Source of the DNA: Acidobacteriota bacterium
GTDB lineage: Bacteria > Acidobacteriota > UBA6911
Direction: 5' to 3'
Length of the DNA: 64,000 nucleotides
Assembly: GCA_963664705.1 (NCBI GenBank)
Contig: OY761556.1
Coordinates: forward strand, 3,872,001-3,936,000
Made by a program: the position numbers and the translations under genes. The notes under the pieces are model-generated. The model did no database searches, was not told the DNA's origin, and was given only the letters and a program-made list of their open reading frames with translations. Below, in pieces: positions 9,352 to 18,610 of this stretch (position 1 is its first letter; every line of letters begins with the position of its first letter).

Positions 9352-10179
9352 ATGACGGCCTATTTTGATTATGAGTTCAGCCCAACCGATATACGCGATC
9401 TGAGAATCGCCAAAGCAAGACTGGAGAACCCTGGCCTTGCCGCCCGGCTGGCGGACCTTGTGGGCAAACCTGTCGATCAGGCACTGAAATCCCTCCCTGC
9501 CGGGCTGAACAGAACAGCTACGAATATCGCACGCCGTGCGCTGCTCAAGGGCCTCGGTTTTGCAATCAGCACGCTGGGCTCTCCAAAGCCTGCCAGATCA
9601 AGAGATGGGCTGCATAAGATTCTGGTGGCCGGCACGGGAATAGCCGGCGGAGCTGCAGGCATCGCCGCGGCCGCACTGGAAATTCCAATCTCGACAACCA
9701 TCATGCTCCGCTCGATTGCAGATATCGCCCGCAGCGAGGGACATGACATCACACTCATTGAAACCAAGCTCTCCTGCCTGGAAGTGTTTGCACTTGGAGG
9801 CCGAAGTTCCTGGGATGATTCGGTCGAAGAAGGTTATTGGGTTGTCCGCTCGGCACTGGCAAAATCGATATCTCAAGCCGCTGCCTTTATCGGGAGACGG
9901 GGATTAGCCGAAGAGGGCGCCCCGCCAATTGTCCGTTTTATCAGCACGATCGCCTCCAGGTTCAGCGCGGTCATCACGGACGAAATGGCAGCCAAAGCAA
10001 TCCCGTTGATTGGCGCGGTTGCCGGGGGAGCCATCAACGTCGCCTTCATGCAGCATTTTCAGCAGATGGCACGCGGTCATTTTGTAATCCGGCGGCTTGA
10101 ACAGAAATACGGCTCAGCCCGAGTTGAAAACCTGTATCGCGATATTTCGCTGGAAGAGCGATCTTTAGAAAGTATTTGA
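9352..10179 (+). CDS. EcsC family protein
   Basis: EIPISTTIMLRSIADIARSEG, CLEVFALGG, IPLIGAVAGGAINVAFM, GHFVIRRLE. Confidence 0.85.
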   Translation: MTAYFDYEFSPTDIRDLRIAKARLENPGLAARLADLVGKPVDQALKSLPAGLNRTATNIARRALLKGLGFAISTLGSPKPARSRDGLHKILVAGTGIAGGAAGIAAAALEIPISTTIMLRSIADIARSEGHDITLIETKLSCLEVFALGGRSSWDDSVEEGYWVVRSALAKSISQAAAFIGRRGLAEEGAPPIVRFISTIASRFSAVITDEMAAKAIPLIGAVAGGAINVAFMQHFQQMARGHFVIRRLEQKYGSARVENLYRDISLEERSLESI

Positions 10180-10186
10180 GGAAATT

Positions 10187-10987
10187 ATGAACCGGATTCC
10201 GGGGCGTTTCATTATCTGGGCTTCCCTAGCCGTGCTTCTTGCATCATCGGTATCAACCATTGCGGAAGTCAAACTCATCCGTGAAGACAAGCAGGCCGGC
10301 CTGGAGCTTTGGGATACGCTGCTTGGCCGTCTCTGGATTCCCAAACCAGGCTTGGCTGTAATCAAACACCTCGAGCATGAACAGTCGGTCGAAAAAGTAT
10401 ACGACCATCCGTCCGTCCATGTGTCCAACGGGGATATCGTCATCGATTGCGGCGCACACATTGGCGGGTTCACCCGAGTGGCTCTTCTCGCAGGGGCACA
10501 AATGGTAATTGCCGTAGAACCGGAAAAGTCGAATATCGTTGCCTTCCGGCGGAACTTCGCGGAGGCGTTGAAAAACGGCAAGGTCATTCTGGTTGAAAAG
10601 GGCGTTTGGGACAGCAACAGTACGCTGCCGCTTCATCTTTCGTCGGTTGGCGATTCGCACAGCGTCTCTTTCCAGCAAAACACAGGCAAAGACGAGGTCA
10701 TTCAACTCATCACCATCGACGATCTGGTTCGCAGTCTGAAACTGCCTCGCGTTGATTTCATCAAAATGGACATTGAAGGCGCCGAACGCAATGCCTTGCT
10801 GGGTTCAAAACTGACCTGCAAGCAATGGCGCCCCCGCATGGCGATTTCCGCATACCACAAGAAAACAGATCCCGGCGATATTTGTTCGGTAATCTGGAAT
10901 TTCCAACCGGGATACCTTGTGGAGTCGAAAGACGTATTGCGTCGCTCCGACGGCTCGGAGACTCCCAAGGTTCTATTTTTCCGATAA
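10187..10987 (+). CDS. FkbM family SAM-dependent methyltransferase
   Basis: VIDCGAHIG, AVEP, DFIKMDIEGAE, ISAYH. Confidence 0.9.
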   Translation: MNRIPGRFIIWASLAVLLASSVSTIAEVKLIREDKQAGLELWDTLLGRLWIPKPGLAVIKHLEHEQSVEKVYDHPSVHVSNGDIVIDCGAHIGGFTRVALLAGAQMVIAVEPEKSNIVAFRRNFAEALKNGKVILVEKGVWDSNSTLPLHLSSVGDSHSVSFQQNTGKDEVIQLITIDDLVRSLKLPRVDFIKMDIEGAERNALLGSKLTCKQWRPRMAISAYHKKTDPGDICSVIWNFQPGYLVESKDVLRRSDGSETPKVLFFR

Positions 10988-11116
10988 AAGCCCGCTGATA
11001 AATTTCCTGCAAATATCACCAGGGATACAGGCGAGATTCTATCTATACTCATGTCGGAGCAGGAATTAGCCGAAAAGAGAATCGAACGCTTACAGGTACT
11101 CCGGCAGGAGCTATAG

Positions 11117-14100
11117 ATGATCCGATATAGGGCGATGTCTCGTGCTGTTCAAGCGAAATGTCCCCGTCTCCGTGTCTGCTTTATCAGAAATGTGCCCTGT
11201 TGCATCGCGGGGATTCTGCTTCTGAGCATTGCCCTTGCCTCAAACTCCGGAACAGCAGCGCCAAAGGAAAGTGGCTCCAGCTCGAGACTTCCGCTCATCC
11301 TTGACCAGTCGGAAGGCCTGCCACGCTCGCTCTTCCCGTTTCACAGCTATGGCGCAAATTCCGGCCTCGATAACCTGGCCGTCCGCCGAATTGTACAAGA
11401 CAAGATCGGGTTTCTGTGGGTCGGAACAGAGGACGGATTGTATCGTTTCGACGGGGAACGATTCTCCCGCTATGATTCATCCAAGGGGCTGCCATCCACC
11501 TGGATTGCAGATCTCCTGGCCACACCCGAGGGAGACCTCTGGATTTGCACGCCTCAAGGCCTCGCCGTTCGGAAAGGCATTGGATTTGAAGCAGTGCCCG
11601 CCGGCGAGAGCGGTCTGCCGGAGGGTCCGTGCAATGCAATCGCCCGCGACGACAGGGGCGTCATCTGGGTCGCACACAAAGCCGGTTTATATTTCCAACG
11701 CAATGGACGTTTTCACCGCCTGCCGGGATTCCCGGCGGGTTCAGTCAGCGCGATTGTATCCGCAAACAACCCGTCGGGACCCGTGTATGCTTCTGTAAAA
11801 GGAATTGTTGCCAAAATTGAAAATTATCGAGTCACCGGAAAATATGCGATCCGTCCATCCAATCCGGAAATGATCGAATCCCTCGCGGCGGACAATTCCG
11901 GAAGGATCTGGGCGCAAAGCGCGCGCAAGCTGTTTTGCCTCCTGCCGGGATCAACCGATTTTCGCGATGAAAGCGTCGGCATTCCAGCCGTTTCATCCAG
12001 AGGCCTCCTTTCAATCGACCGAAGCGGCAGGTTATGGGTTCCCACCGATGAGGGAATGAGCTGCAGAACGGGCGATAATTGGAGGCATTTCGACCCGGAG
12101 GATGGGCTGCCCACGGATTGGACCCGCTACGTATTCGAGGATCGCGAAGGATCCTTGTGGGTAGCAAGTATCGGGATTCATCGATTGATAGGCCGCGGAT
12201 CCTGGACTTCATGGACACGTGCTCAGGGGCTTCCCAGCGAGACCGTCTGGAGCATTTATCGCAGCCGGCGCGGAGATTTGTGGATTTCCACGGACAAGGG
12301 CTTGTGTCGCGCGACATCCAAAGGCTGGCAGGTTCTCCCTGGAACCGAGAAGACGGTTGTGCGCCAAATCCAGGAGGACAGCAAGGGTCGCTTATGGATG
12401 GGGCTTGTCCCCGCAGGGATCTTCCGCTACAACCCGGCGACCAATGAACTGATCAAATATGACAGCAATTCGGGCGTCGCAGGCCTGCGCGTTCTCTGTT
12501 TGCGGGAGGATGCCGAAGGCCAGATCTGGGCAGCAACCGACGGCGCCGGGTTATTACGCTTTCGGCCTGAAACGAATAACTTCGTTCGCGAAGAAGTGCC
12601 CGATGGAACGGCCGAGGAAACCTTTCGGTATATTCTGCGCGACAGCCAGAATCGTCTCTGGGTAACCGGAGAGCACGGACTGCTTTTGAGAATCGGGTCG
12701 GAGTGGCGCCGTTTCACGCGCGCGAACGGATTCAAACAAAATCATGTTTCGTATATCACAGAACTGAGTTCCGGAGATTTCTGGCTTTCCTACTTTGAGC
12801 CGCTTGGAATAATCCGTTTTGAATTAAGCAATGGAACTATCAGGATTCGGGAGCATCTGGATCGCGCTAACGGGTTGTCTTCGGCAAAGGTCTATCTGCT
12901 CGGCGAAGACTTGAGCAACAACCTATGGGTGGGCACGGGCAAAGGGATTGACATCATTTCGCCCAAAGGGATGGTCCATTTCTCAAAGGGAGACGGCCTT
13001 GCAGGCGATGACGTCGATGCCATGGCCTATCTGGTTGAACCCAATGGATCTGTTTTCGTGGGAACCAGCTCCGGCCTCAGCATGTACCGCAGTGAAACGG
13101 ATTCTGAGCACAGCCTGGCCCCGATGCCGGTTATTCTGACGGCACAACTTGGAGATCGTATTCTCCCGCAGGGGGATTCCGCTACACCCAAATATCCGAG
13201 CAGCTGCAATGTTCTAAATTTGGACTTTGCCTCACTGAGTTTCCTGCATCAATCGCAGATAGAGTATGCCGCCAGGCTGAATGGAATCGAAACCGAGTGG
13301 CATAGCGCACAGCGCAATACGCACTATGCTGGATTGCCCCCGGGGAAATACACTTATGAAGTGCGGGCACGGCTCGGATCAGGCCCATGGAGCCAGCCGG
13401 CAAGGCTGGTATTCCAGATTCAGCCGCCCTGGTGGCGAACATGGCCGGCACTGGTGAGTTGGGTGGTCCTGATCGCTACCGCGATCTTTATTGGCATGCG
13501 GTGGCGAATGCAGCATTTGAGAAAGCGTACGAGACAGTTGGAGAGCCTGGTTTCAGCCCGCACCATCGAGTTGGCGATGGCAAATGCAGATCTGGAAAGA
13601 CTCAGCATCACAGATCCGCTGACGGGCCTGAAAAACCGCAGGTATCTTGAATTCTCGATTCTCGAGGATATGGCTCGAGTGCGTCGCGCATCTCAGCCGA
13701 TAGAAGCGGAGTGGCAGGGCTTTGAAGATACGACCGCAAGCATTACATTCCTGGTCATCGATATCGACCATTTTAAAAAGGTAAACGATGAGTTCGGGCA
13801 TAATGCCGGAGACAGGGTACTGCGGCAGATGGGAGCGGTTTTAGGGTCTGCAGTCCGCGAGTCCGATACTACTGTGCGCTGGGGTGGAGAGGAGTTCCTT
13901 GTCATTGCCCGGAATCCCAAAGGAAGTGACCCGACGGGATTGGCCGAGCGAGTCCGGAAGAATGTCGAAGCCGCCATTTTCGCGGTATCGCAGGATCAAA
14001 ACATCCATCTTACCTGCAGCGGCGGATATGCATCCTGGCCTTTTTTCAAGCATGAGCCGGATGCCCTGGGATGGCAGGAGGTTCTCGCGCTGGCCGACCG

Positions 14101-14350
14101 GTGCCTGTACCTGGCCAAGAAAAGCGGACGCAATGCCTGGTTCGGAGTATCCTCCGCGCCAAATTACCGAGGAATCGTCGAATACACAGCGTTGAATGAT
14201 TTTCGTGCGGCAGAATCTACCGGAATCATCACGGTTCAGTCGTCGGCATCCATGATGTTGCCGAGTGCTTCGTCCCTGGGAACAAGACTCAAGGGATCGG
14301 AAAAGAAGCAGGACAACCGGGACATGGAACACTCGGAGTTGTTTGGTTAG
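11117..14350 (+). CDS. diguanylate cyclase with periplasmic beta-propeller and Y_Y_Y sensor
   Basis: Repeated DxxGxLW propeller motifs, PPGKYTYEVRA, PPWWRTW plus TM, TDPLTGL, DIDHFK, RESD I-site, GGEEF; start uncertain. Confidence 0.93.
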   Translation: MIRYRAMSRAVQAKCPRLRVCFIRNVPCCIAGILLLSIALASNSGTAAPKESGSSSRLPLILDQSEGLPRSLFPFHSYGANSGLDNLAVRRIVQDKIGFLWVGTEDGLYRFDGERFSRYDSSKGLPSTWIADLLATPEGDLWICTPQGLAVRKGIGFEAVPAGESGLPEGPCNAIARDDRGVIWVAHKAGLYFQRNGRFHRLPGFPAGSVSAIVSANNPSGPVYASVKGIVAKIENYRVTGKYAIRPSNPEMIESLAADNSGRIWAQSARKLFCLLPGSTDFRDESVGIPAVSSRGLLSIDRSGRLWVPTDEGMSCRTGDNWRHFDPEDGLPTDWTRYVFEDREGSLWVASIGIHRLIGRGSWTSWTRAQGLPSETVWSIYRSRRGDLWISTDKGLCRATSKGWQVLPGTEKTVVRQIQEDSKGRLWMGLVPAGIFRYNPATNELIKYDSNSGVAGLRVLCLREDAEGQIWAATDGAGLLRFRPETNNFVREEVPDGTAEETFRYILRDSQNRLWVTGEHGLLLRIGSEWRRFTRANGFKQNHVSYITELSSGDFWLSYFEPLGIIRFELSNGTIRIREHLDRANGLSSAKVYLLGEDLSNNLWVGTGKGIDIISPKGMVHFSKGDGLAGDDVDAMAYLVEPNGSVFVGTSSGLSMYRSETDSEHSLAPMPVILTAQLGDRILPQGDSATPKYPSSCNVLNLDFASLSFLHQSQIEYAARLNGIETEWHSAQRNTHYAGLPPGKYTYEVRARLGSGPWSQPARLVFQIQPPWWRTWPALVSWVVLIATAIFIGMRWRMQHLRKRTRQLESLVSARTIELAMANADLERLSITDPLTGLKNRRYLEFSILEDMARVRRASQPIEAEWQGFEDTTASITFLVIDIDHFKKVNDEFGHNAGDRVLRQMGAVLGSAVRESDTTVRWGGEEFLVIARNPKGSDPTGLAERVRKNVEAAIFAVSQDQNIHLTCSGGYASWPFFKHEPDALGWQEVLALADRCLYLAKKSGRNAWFGVSSAPNYRGIVEYTALNDFRAAESTGIITVQSSASMMLPSASSLGTRLKGSEKKQDNRDMEHSELFG

Positions 14351-14366
14351 ACGCGGACATCCCGCT

Positions 14367-14427
14367 GGAATCAGAGGACAGAAGCCAATGAAAAATTATT
14401 CTATCCTGACTTCCGTCTTCGGATTCC
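14367..14427. repeat. imperfect inverted element of 7-mer repeats between convergent genes
   Basis: GGAATCAGAGGACAGAAGCCA vs TGACTTCCGTCTTCGGATTCC; right arm CTGACTT-CCGTCTT-CGGATTC-CGTTTCC. Confidence 0.6.
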
Positions 14428-14444
14428 GTTTCCCGGACACGTTC

Positions 14445-14777
14445 CTAGGGTTTCTTAAGCGTCCTTATGAAGGCGATTACATCGGTAAGTTCCTGTTCCG
14501 AAATGCTGACCGGCTTCATTTTCCCTTTCCCTTCGGTGATGACCTTCTTGAGGGTTGCATCATCGAGAGATTGGACTTCTTTGGAATAAAGATGAGGCAT
14601 GGTGACACCAAGAACTTTGCCAATGGCTTCTTTTCCCTCTCCGGAATCGCCATGACAAATTGCACAACGGCTGAATACCTGTTTACCGGCAACGGCATTT
14701 CCCTTCTCGGCGGCAAGAATCCAAGAGGGGATTATCAGAGCGGGAAGAAAAAACCAGATACCCGTACGAAACCGCAT
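14445..14777 (-). CDS. monoheme cytochrome c
   Basis: Signal peptide, CAICH heme motif, distal Met in GKMKP; RBS AAGGAGG. Confidence 0.92.
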   Translation of the reverse strand: MRFRTGIWFFLPALIIPSWILAAEKGNAVAGKQVFSRCAICHGDSGEGKEAIGKVLGVTMPHLYSKEVQSLDDATLKKVITEGKGKMKPVSISEQELTDVIAFIRTLKKP

Positions 14778-14888
14778 ACTACCTCCTTTTGCAGAACAGC
14801 CATGGGACATCCACTTCAAAAGATCCGACAAATAGCCGGTCATGTCCAGTGATATCACGGTAGTATTTGCCTGTTTTGGGAAGTTATA

Positions 14889-15857
14889 ATGGATTCTATG
14901 ATGATGGAACTGGAAGATACCAACGGCGAGGATCAAGGCCTTTCCGATTCATCGTTTGAGGACGTCGAGATCCCGAAGACGGATACGACGGAAATCGCAA
15001 AGTATGACCCGCTTCGACGATACCTGTCTGAGATCAGTCGCTTTACGCCCTTGGGACGCGACGAAGAGCACGAACTCGCCATTTTTTATCAAAAGACAGG
15101 GGACAGGGAGACGGCCTACCGGCTGGTGACCTCCAACCTGAAGCTTGTGGTAAAGATTGCGATGATTTATCACAAAGTATATCGCAACTTGCTGGATCTC
15201 ATTCAGGAAGGCAATCTGGGATTAATCCAGGCGGTCAAACGCTTTGATCCGCTGCGGGGAACACGGCTGCCCACCTATGCCGCCTGGTGGATCAAAGCCT
15301 ATATTTTGAAGTTCCTGCTGGATAATTCGCGCATGGTAAAGATCGGAACCACCAATGCGCGTCGCAAGATCCTCATGAACCTGAACAAGGAAAAGCGGGA
15401 ACTTGAAGCGAAAGGGATCATACCCACTTCCAAGCTGCTTGCCGAAAATCTAGGCGTTGATGAAGATGAGTTGAAGGATGTGGAGCAGGGGATGGCCGGG
15501 CCCGACATCTCACTCGATGCCCCTCTGGGATCTGACGATAGCGATACGCGCTACATCGATACGTTGCGCCTCATGGAGGAAAGTGTCGATGAAAAGATCG
15601 CCCAGGGCGAGTTTAGGGATATGCTGGAAAAACGTTTTGCCGATTTTTCCAAAACTCTCTCCGAACGGGAACGTGAGATATTGACGCGACGGCTCATCGC
15701 CGATGAGCCGGAAACGCTCCAGCAAATTGCCGACAGATATGGCATCTCACGCGAAGCGGTCCGAGTCGCAGAGAAGAAGCTCGTCAACAAACTCAAAAAG
15801 TATATGATCGATTCCTTTGGCGACGTGCGCGAAATCGAATTCCATTTGGCTGGATAA
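14889..15857 (+). CDS. rpoH: RpoH/sigma-32-like RNA polymerase sigma factor
   Basis: DLIQEGNLGLIQAVKRFDP, YAAWWIKAYI, RMVKIGTTNARRKILMNL (variant RpoH box), region 4 TLQQIADRYGISRE. Confidence 0.75.
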   Translation: MDSMMMELEDTNGEDQGLSDSSFEDVEIPKTDTTEIAKYDPLRRYLSEISRFTPLGRDEEHELAIFYQKTGDRETAYRLVTSNLKLVVKIAMIYHKVYRNLLDLIQEGNLGLIQAVKRFDPLRGTRLPTYAAWWIKAYILKFLLDNSRMVKIGTTNARRKILMNLNKEKRELEAKGIIPTSKLLAENLGVDEDELKDVEQGMAGPDISLDAPLGSDDSDTRYIDTLRLMEESVDEKIAQGEFRDMLEKRFADFSKTLSEREREILTRRLIADEPETLQQIADRYGISREAVRVAEKKLVNKLKKYMIDSFGDVREIEFHLAG

Positions 15858-15880
15858 CAGGCGCCGGCACAGGGCCGCGC

Positions 15881-16663
15881 CTACTTTTTGTCCTCCGGAA
15901 TGTTCCCAAAATGGATCGTCGCCTTTGACCCAAATCGCTTGTAGTCTCCGTAAGTGATTGTTTCCTCTATCCGCACTTCCTGCTCGGGAAATCGAAGCTT
16001 GCTGTCGGCATGCGTCCATACAGGAAACCAATATTTGTCATCAATCACCTGACGAATCGTCTCGAACTCGGGGAACTGGTTTTCCCTCGTTTGCGGAATG
16101 GCCTTGCCGACAGTTTTGACTACCTGTAAATCCTTGTCATCCACCCAGATTTTCCCTTTGAAATAGAGCCGCCCGCCTTTCGTGCTTTTGGGCGAAACCG
16201 AGAAAACATAGCAGTCCAGTTCGTCGGCTTTTTCCTTGCCTTCGTATTTGAGGGTATAAAGAGGCAGTTCGGTTTTGGTCAGGGCAAAAGGATTGATGTT
16301 CTGAAATATTTCCACATCTTCCGGAGACAGGGTCACGGACCGCAAGCGGCCGGATCTTTTCACAAGCTGGACCTCCCGAGAACCGTCATCATTGAAGATG
16401 ACCTCATAGACGAGAGTCTCGCTTTCTTTTTGTGGCGCGCCATCAACGGAAAGAACTCGTATATTGGCTGTCTGGACGTATGCATACTGCATCCACGCCT
16501 CATAGAATTCCTCTTCCTTGCTCGCAAATTGCTCAATGATCTGCTCCGGCGGCAGTTCTCCTGCGGCCGCCGATCGGGCTGCCGGCTGCGACGTCGCCTT
16601 GTTTTGGGCTATAGAATTTACCGACAGCAGCAGGAATACCAGGCAGAGATACCAATGTCTCAC
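15881..16663 (-). CDS. exported hypothetical protein
   Basis: Signal peptide; beta-rich, YFKGKIWVDDKDLQVV and YWFP; RBS GGAGGAG. Confidence 0.75.
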   Translation of the reverse strand: MRHWYLCLVFLLLSVNSIAQNKATSQPAARSAAAGELPPEQIIEQFASKEEEFYEAWMQYAYVQTANIRVLSVDGAPQKESETLVYEVIFNDDGSREVQLVKRSGRLRSVTLSPEDVEIFQNINPFALTKTELPLYTLKYEGKEKADELDCYVFSVSPKSTKGGRLYFKGKIWVDDKDLQVVKTVGKAIPQTRENQFPEFETIRQVIDDKYWFPVWTHADSKLRFPEQEVRIEETITYGDYKRFGSKATIHFGNIPEDKK

Positions 16664-16803
16664 GATGGCTCCTCCACGAACCTTAGATCCTGACCTCGAG
16701 CAATTTTCTCATAATGGAATTCACTTGTCATCGTAGTCAAAAATGCCCATCCGCGTTACGAAATAGCTGGATGGTCCCACTCGATCTGTTTTAGAGTACG
16801 CGC

Positions 16804-17517
16804 ATGTCTCTGAACAATGTATCGATAATTTTGGCCAATACCAAGTACGCTGGGAACATCGGCTCTGCCGCAAGAGCCATGTTCAACATGGGGTTAACCA
16901 GTCTGATCCTTGCAGCCCCGCAATGTGAGATCAATGACGAATCCTATCGCATGGCAAAAAGCGGAAAGGAAATTCTGAATTCGGCCAAGATCTGCTCGAG
17001 TGTGAAAAGTGCCTTGAAAGGAATTCGTTTTCTGGCCGGCACAACCGGAAAAAGCGGTGGCTATCGAACACCTGCCAATGCTCCGCGCACCGCTATTCCG
17101 CAGATACTGGCGCACGCGGACAAACAGAAAGTTGGGATACTGTTCGGGCCGGAAGACACGGGACTGGTCGATGAGGACCTGCAGCTTTGCCAGATGTTAA
17201 TCCGGATCCCAACCTCGCATCGAGGCCACAGCATTAACCTCGCTCAATCGGTAATGATCCTGAGTTACGAACTGCGGATGGGAAGCCTGAAGCGGGAACC
17301 TGCGCGTGTCGTTAAATTGGCCGCGCTTGAACAGGTCGAAGCCATGTATGCACAACTCGAAAATGCCCTGCTGGATATCGGTTTTCTTCAACCGCAAAAT
17401 ACCAAGCACATGATGCTCAGGCTGCGTCAGATGATGGGAAGAGCCGGCCTGGAGCCGGGCGATGTAGGAATCCTCCGTGGCATCGCTCGCCAAATCTCCT
17501 GGTATTCCAAGCGTTAG
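16804..17517 (+). CDS. trmJ: TrmJ/TrmH SPOUT RNA methyltransferase
   Basis: GNIGSAARAM, LFGPEDTGL, SINLAQSV, ILRGI. Confidence 0.88.
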   Translation: MSLNNVSIILANTKYAGNIGSAARAMFNMGLTSLILAAPQCEINDESYRMAKSGKEILNSAKICSSVKSALKGIRFLAGTTGKSGGYRTPANAPRTAIPQILAHADKQKVGILFGPEDTGLVDEDLQLCQMLIRIPTSHRGHSINLAQSVMILSYELRMGSLKREPARVVKLAALEQVEAMYAQLENALLDIGFLQPQNTKHMMLRLRQMMGRAGLEPGDVGILRGIARQISWYSKR

Positions 17518-17626
17518 TGTCGGATCGAAACAACTACTGTTTGCGAGCCTAAGCCATTGATAAGCCCTTATATTCTCCTGACTTGACCGGCTTGGGGGGG
17601 GAAACTTGGTTTCCATACAATATTTG

Positions 17627-17866
17627 AACCGCGAAGACCTCCAAGACCGCAAAGAATACCTTTGGGGCTCATTTTGCTGCAGGGCAATTAGTGAGCATGA
17701 TGAATATGGTCCACCGAACCCATTTGCTTACCTATCTCAAGCTGAGTGAACGTTCCATCGGCTTCTTAATTACCTGGAAGGCCCAGAGAACGATACGCGC
17801 GAAGCTCACAAAAACGCTTTCTTTGCGGTCTTTGCGGTCTTTGCGGTCTTTGCGGTCTTCGCGGTT
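17627..17866 (+). mobile_element. element with 9-mer-repeat inverted arms enclosing a GxxExxY-like remnant
   Basis: Left arm AACCGCGAAGACCTCCAAGACCGCAAAGA; right arm (TCTTTGCGG)x4-TCTTCGCGG-TT; outer 11 bp form a perfect inverted repeat. Confidence 0.65.
17691..17800 (+). pseudogene. C-terminal fragment of a GxxExxY protein (PD-(D/E)XK-like)
   Basis: HRTHLLTYLKLSERSIGFLITW resembles the family tail H.AQLLTYLKL....GLLINF; N-terminal GxxExxY part missing. Confidence 0.6.
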
Positions 17867-17922
17867 ATGGAAAGCCCTTTGATATTGCCTGCACTCCTGT
17901 AGTTATTTCGGTCCGCCCCGGG

Positions 17923-18600
17923 CTATTTCAGGGAAATTTTGTCAGCGGGGAGACGGAAGCCCGGCTGAGACTTTGCGTCTTTCCAGGGAAGACCAAACTG
18001 ATCCAGCAGAAGCCTTTCCGCAGCACTGTGAATGTTCCCCTTCAGGTCGTTGTATTGAAAGAGCACAAGCCTGCTTCGGTTGCCGGAAAGCTCTCCGGAT
18101 TTATCGAACGAATAGAGTCCGGCAAATGTCCCCACCTGTTTTTTCAGCGCCTTTTCGAAAACGGGCAGATCCTGAAGAGACCCTTCCGGGAGGAACTTCA
18201 AAAGCGAATTCGACAAGGGCAGAAGCGCACGCTCATCTTTGATGATAAAGACCTTATCAAATGACAGCTTGTGGGAAGCGAGAGAGGCTTCGGCTAGACT
18301 GAGCATTTCCTCGGCCTGGACACGGAATTCTTTCCTTATATCCTGAAGCTGCCGGGATATATCCTCCCAGTCCACTCTGTCATTGGCATAGTTCACGCAT
18401 TTCGCCACATCCTGCCACCGCACCATTTTGGGGCTGCCCCCGGACTTCGCTTTGCACGGAAATTGCACGGAAGCGGCTTCATACGCCTTTACGACCACGG
18501 CATCAACTCTGGATTGAATTTGGCTCGAAGGAGCCTGGCCGGCCGCCGGGAAAGCCATGCCGACAATAGCGATGCAATACAGTGCTATAGATTTGATCAA
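17923..18600 (-). CDS. exported hypothetical protein
   Basis: 225-aa ORF with signal peptide ending PAAG; co-oriented 10 bp after the HEAT gene. Confidence 0.75.
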   Translation of the reverse strand: MIKSIALYCIAIVGMAFPAAGQAPSSQIQSRVDAVVVKAYEAASVQFPCKAKSGGSPKMVRWQDVAKCVNYANDRVDWEDISRQLQDIRKEFRVQAEEMLSLAEASLASHKLSFDKVFIIKDERALLPLSNSLLKFLPEGSLQDLPVFEKALKKQVGTFAGLYSFDKSGELSGNRSRLVLFQYNDLKGNIHSAAERLLLDQFGLPWKDAKSQPGFRLPADKISLK

Positions 18601-18610
18601 GGCATTATTC

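Noticed and set aside
11114-11116. Pyrrolysine read-through of the TAG into the diguanylate cyclase
   Set aside because: No pyl genes in view, and read-through adds no recognisable domain
17594-17601. G8 tract as a phase-variation switch
   Set aside because: Short and between convergent genes, not in an ORF or evident promoter
17820-17866. Tandem repeats as a CRISPR array
   Set aside because: 9-bp units with no spacers and no cas genes
17691-17882. 63-aa ORF ending LRSLRSLRS as an intact gene
   Set aside because: The tail is just the 9-mer repeat translated; treated as a remnant
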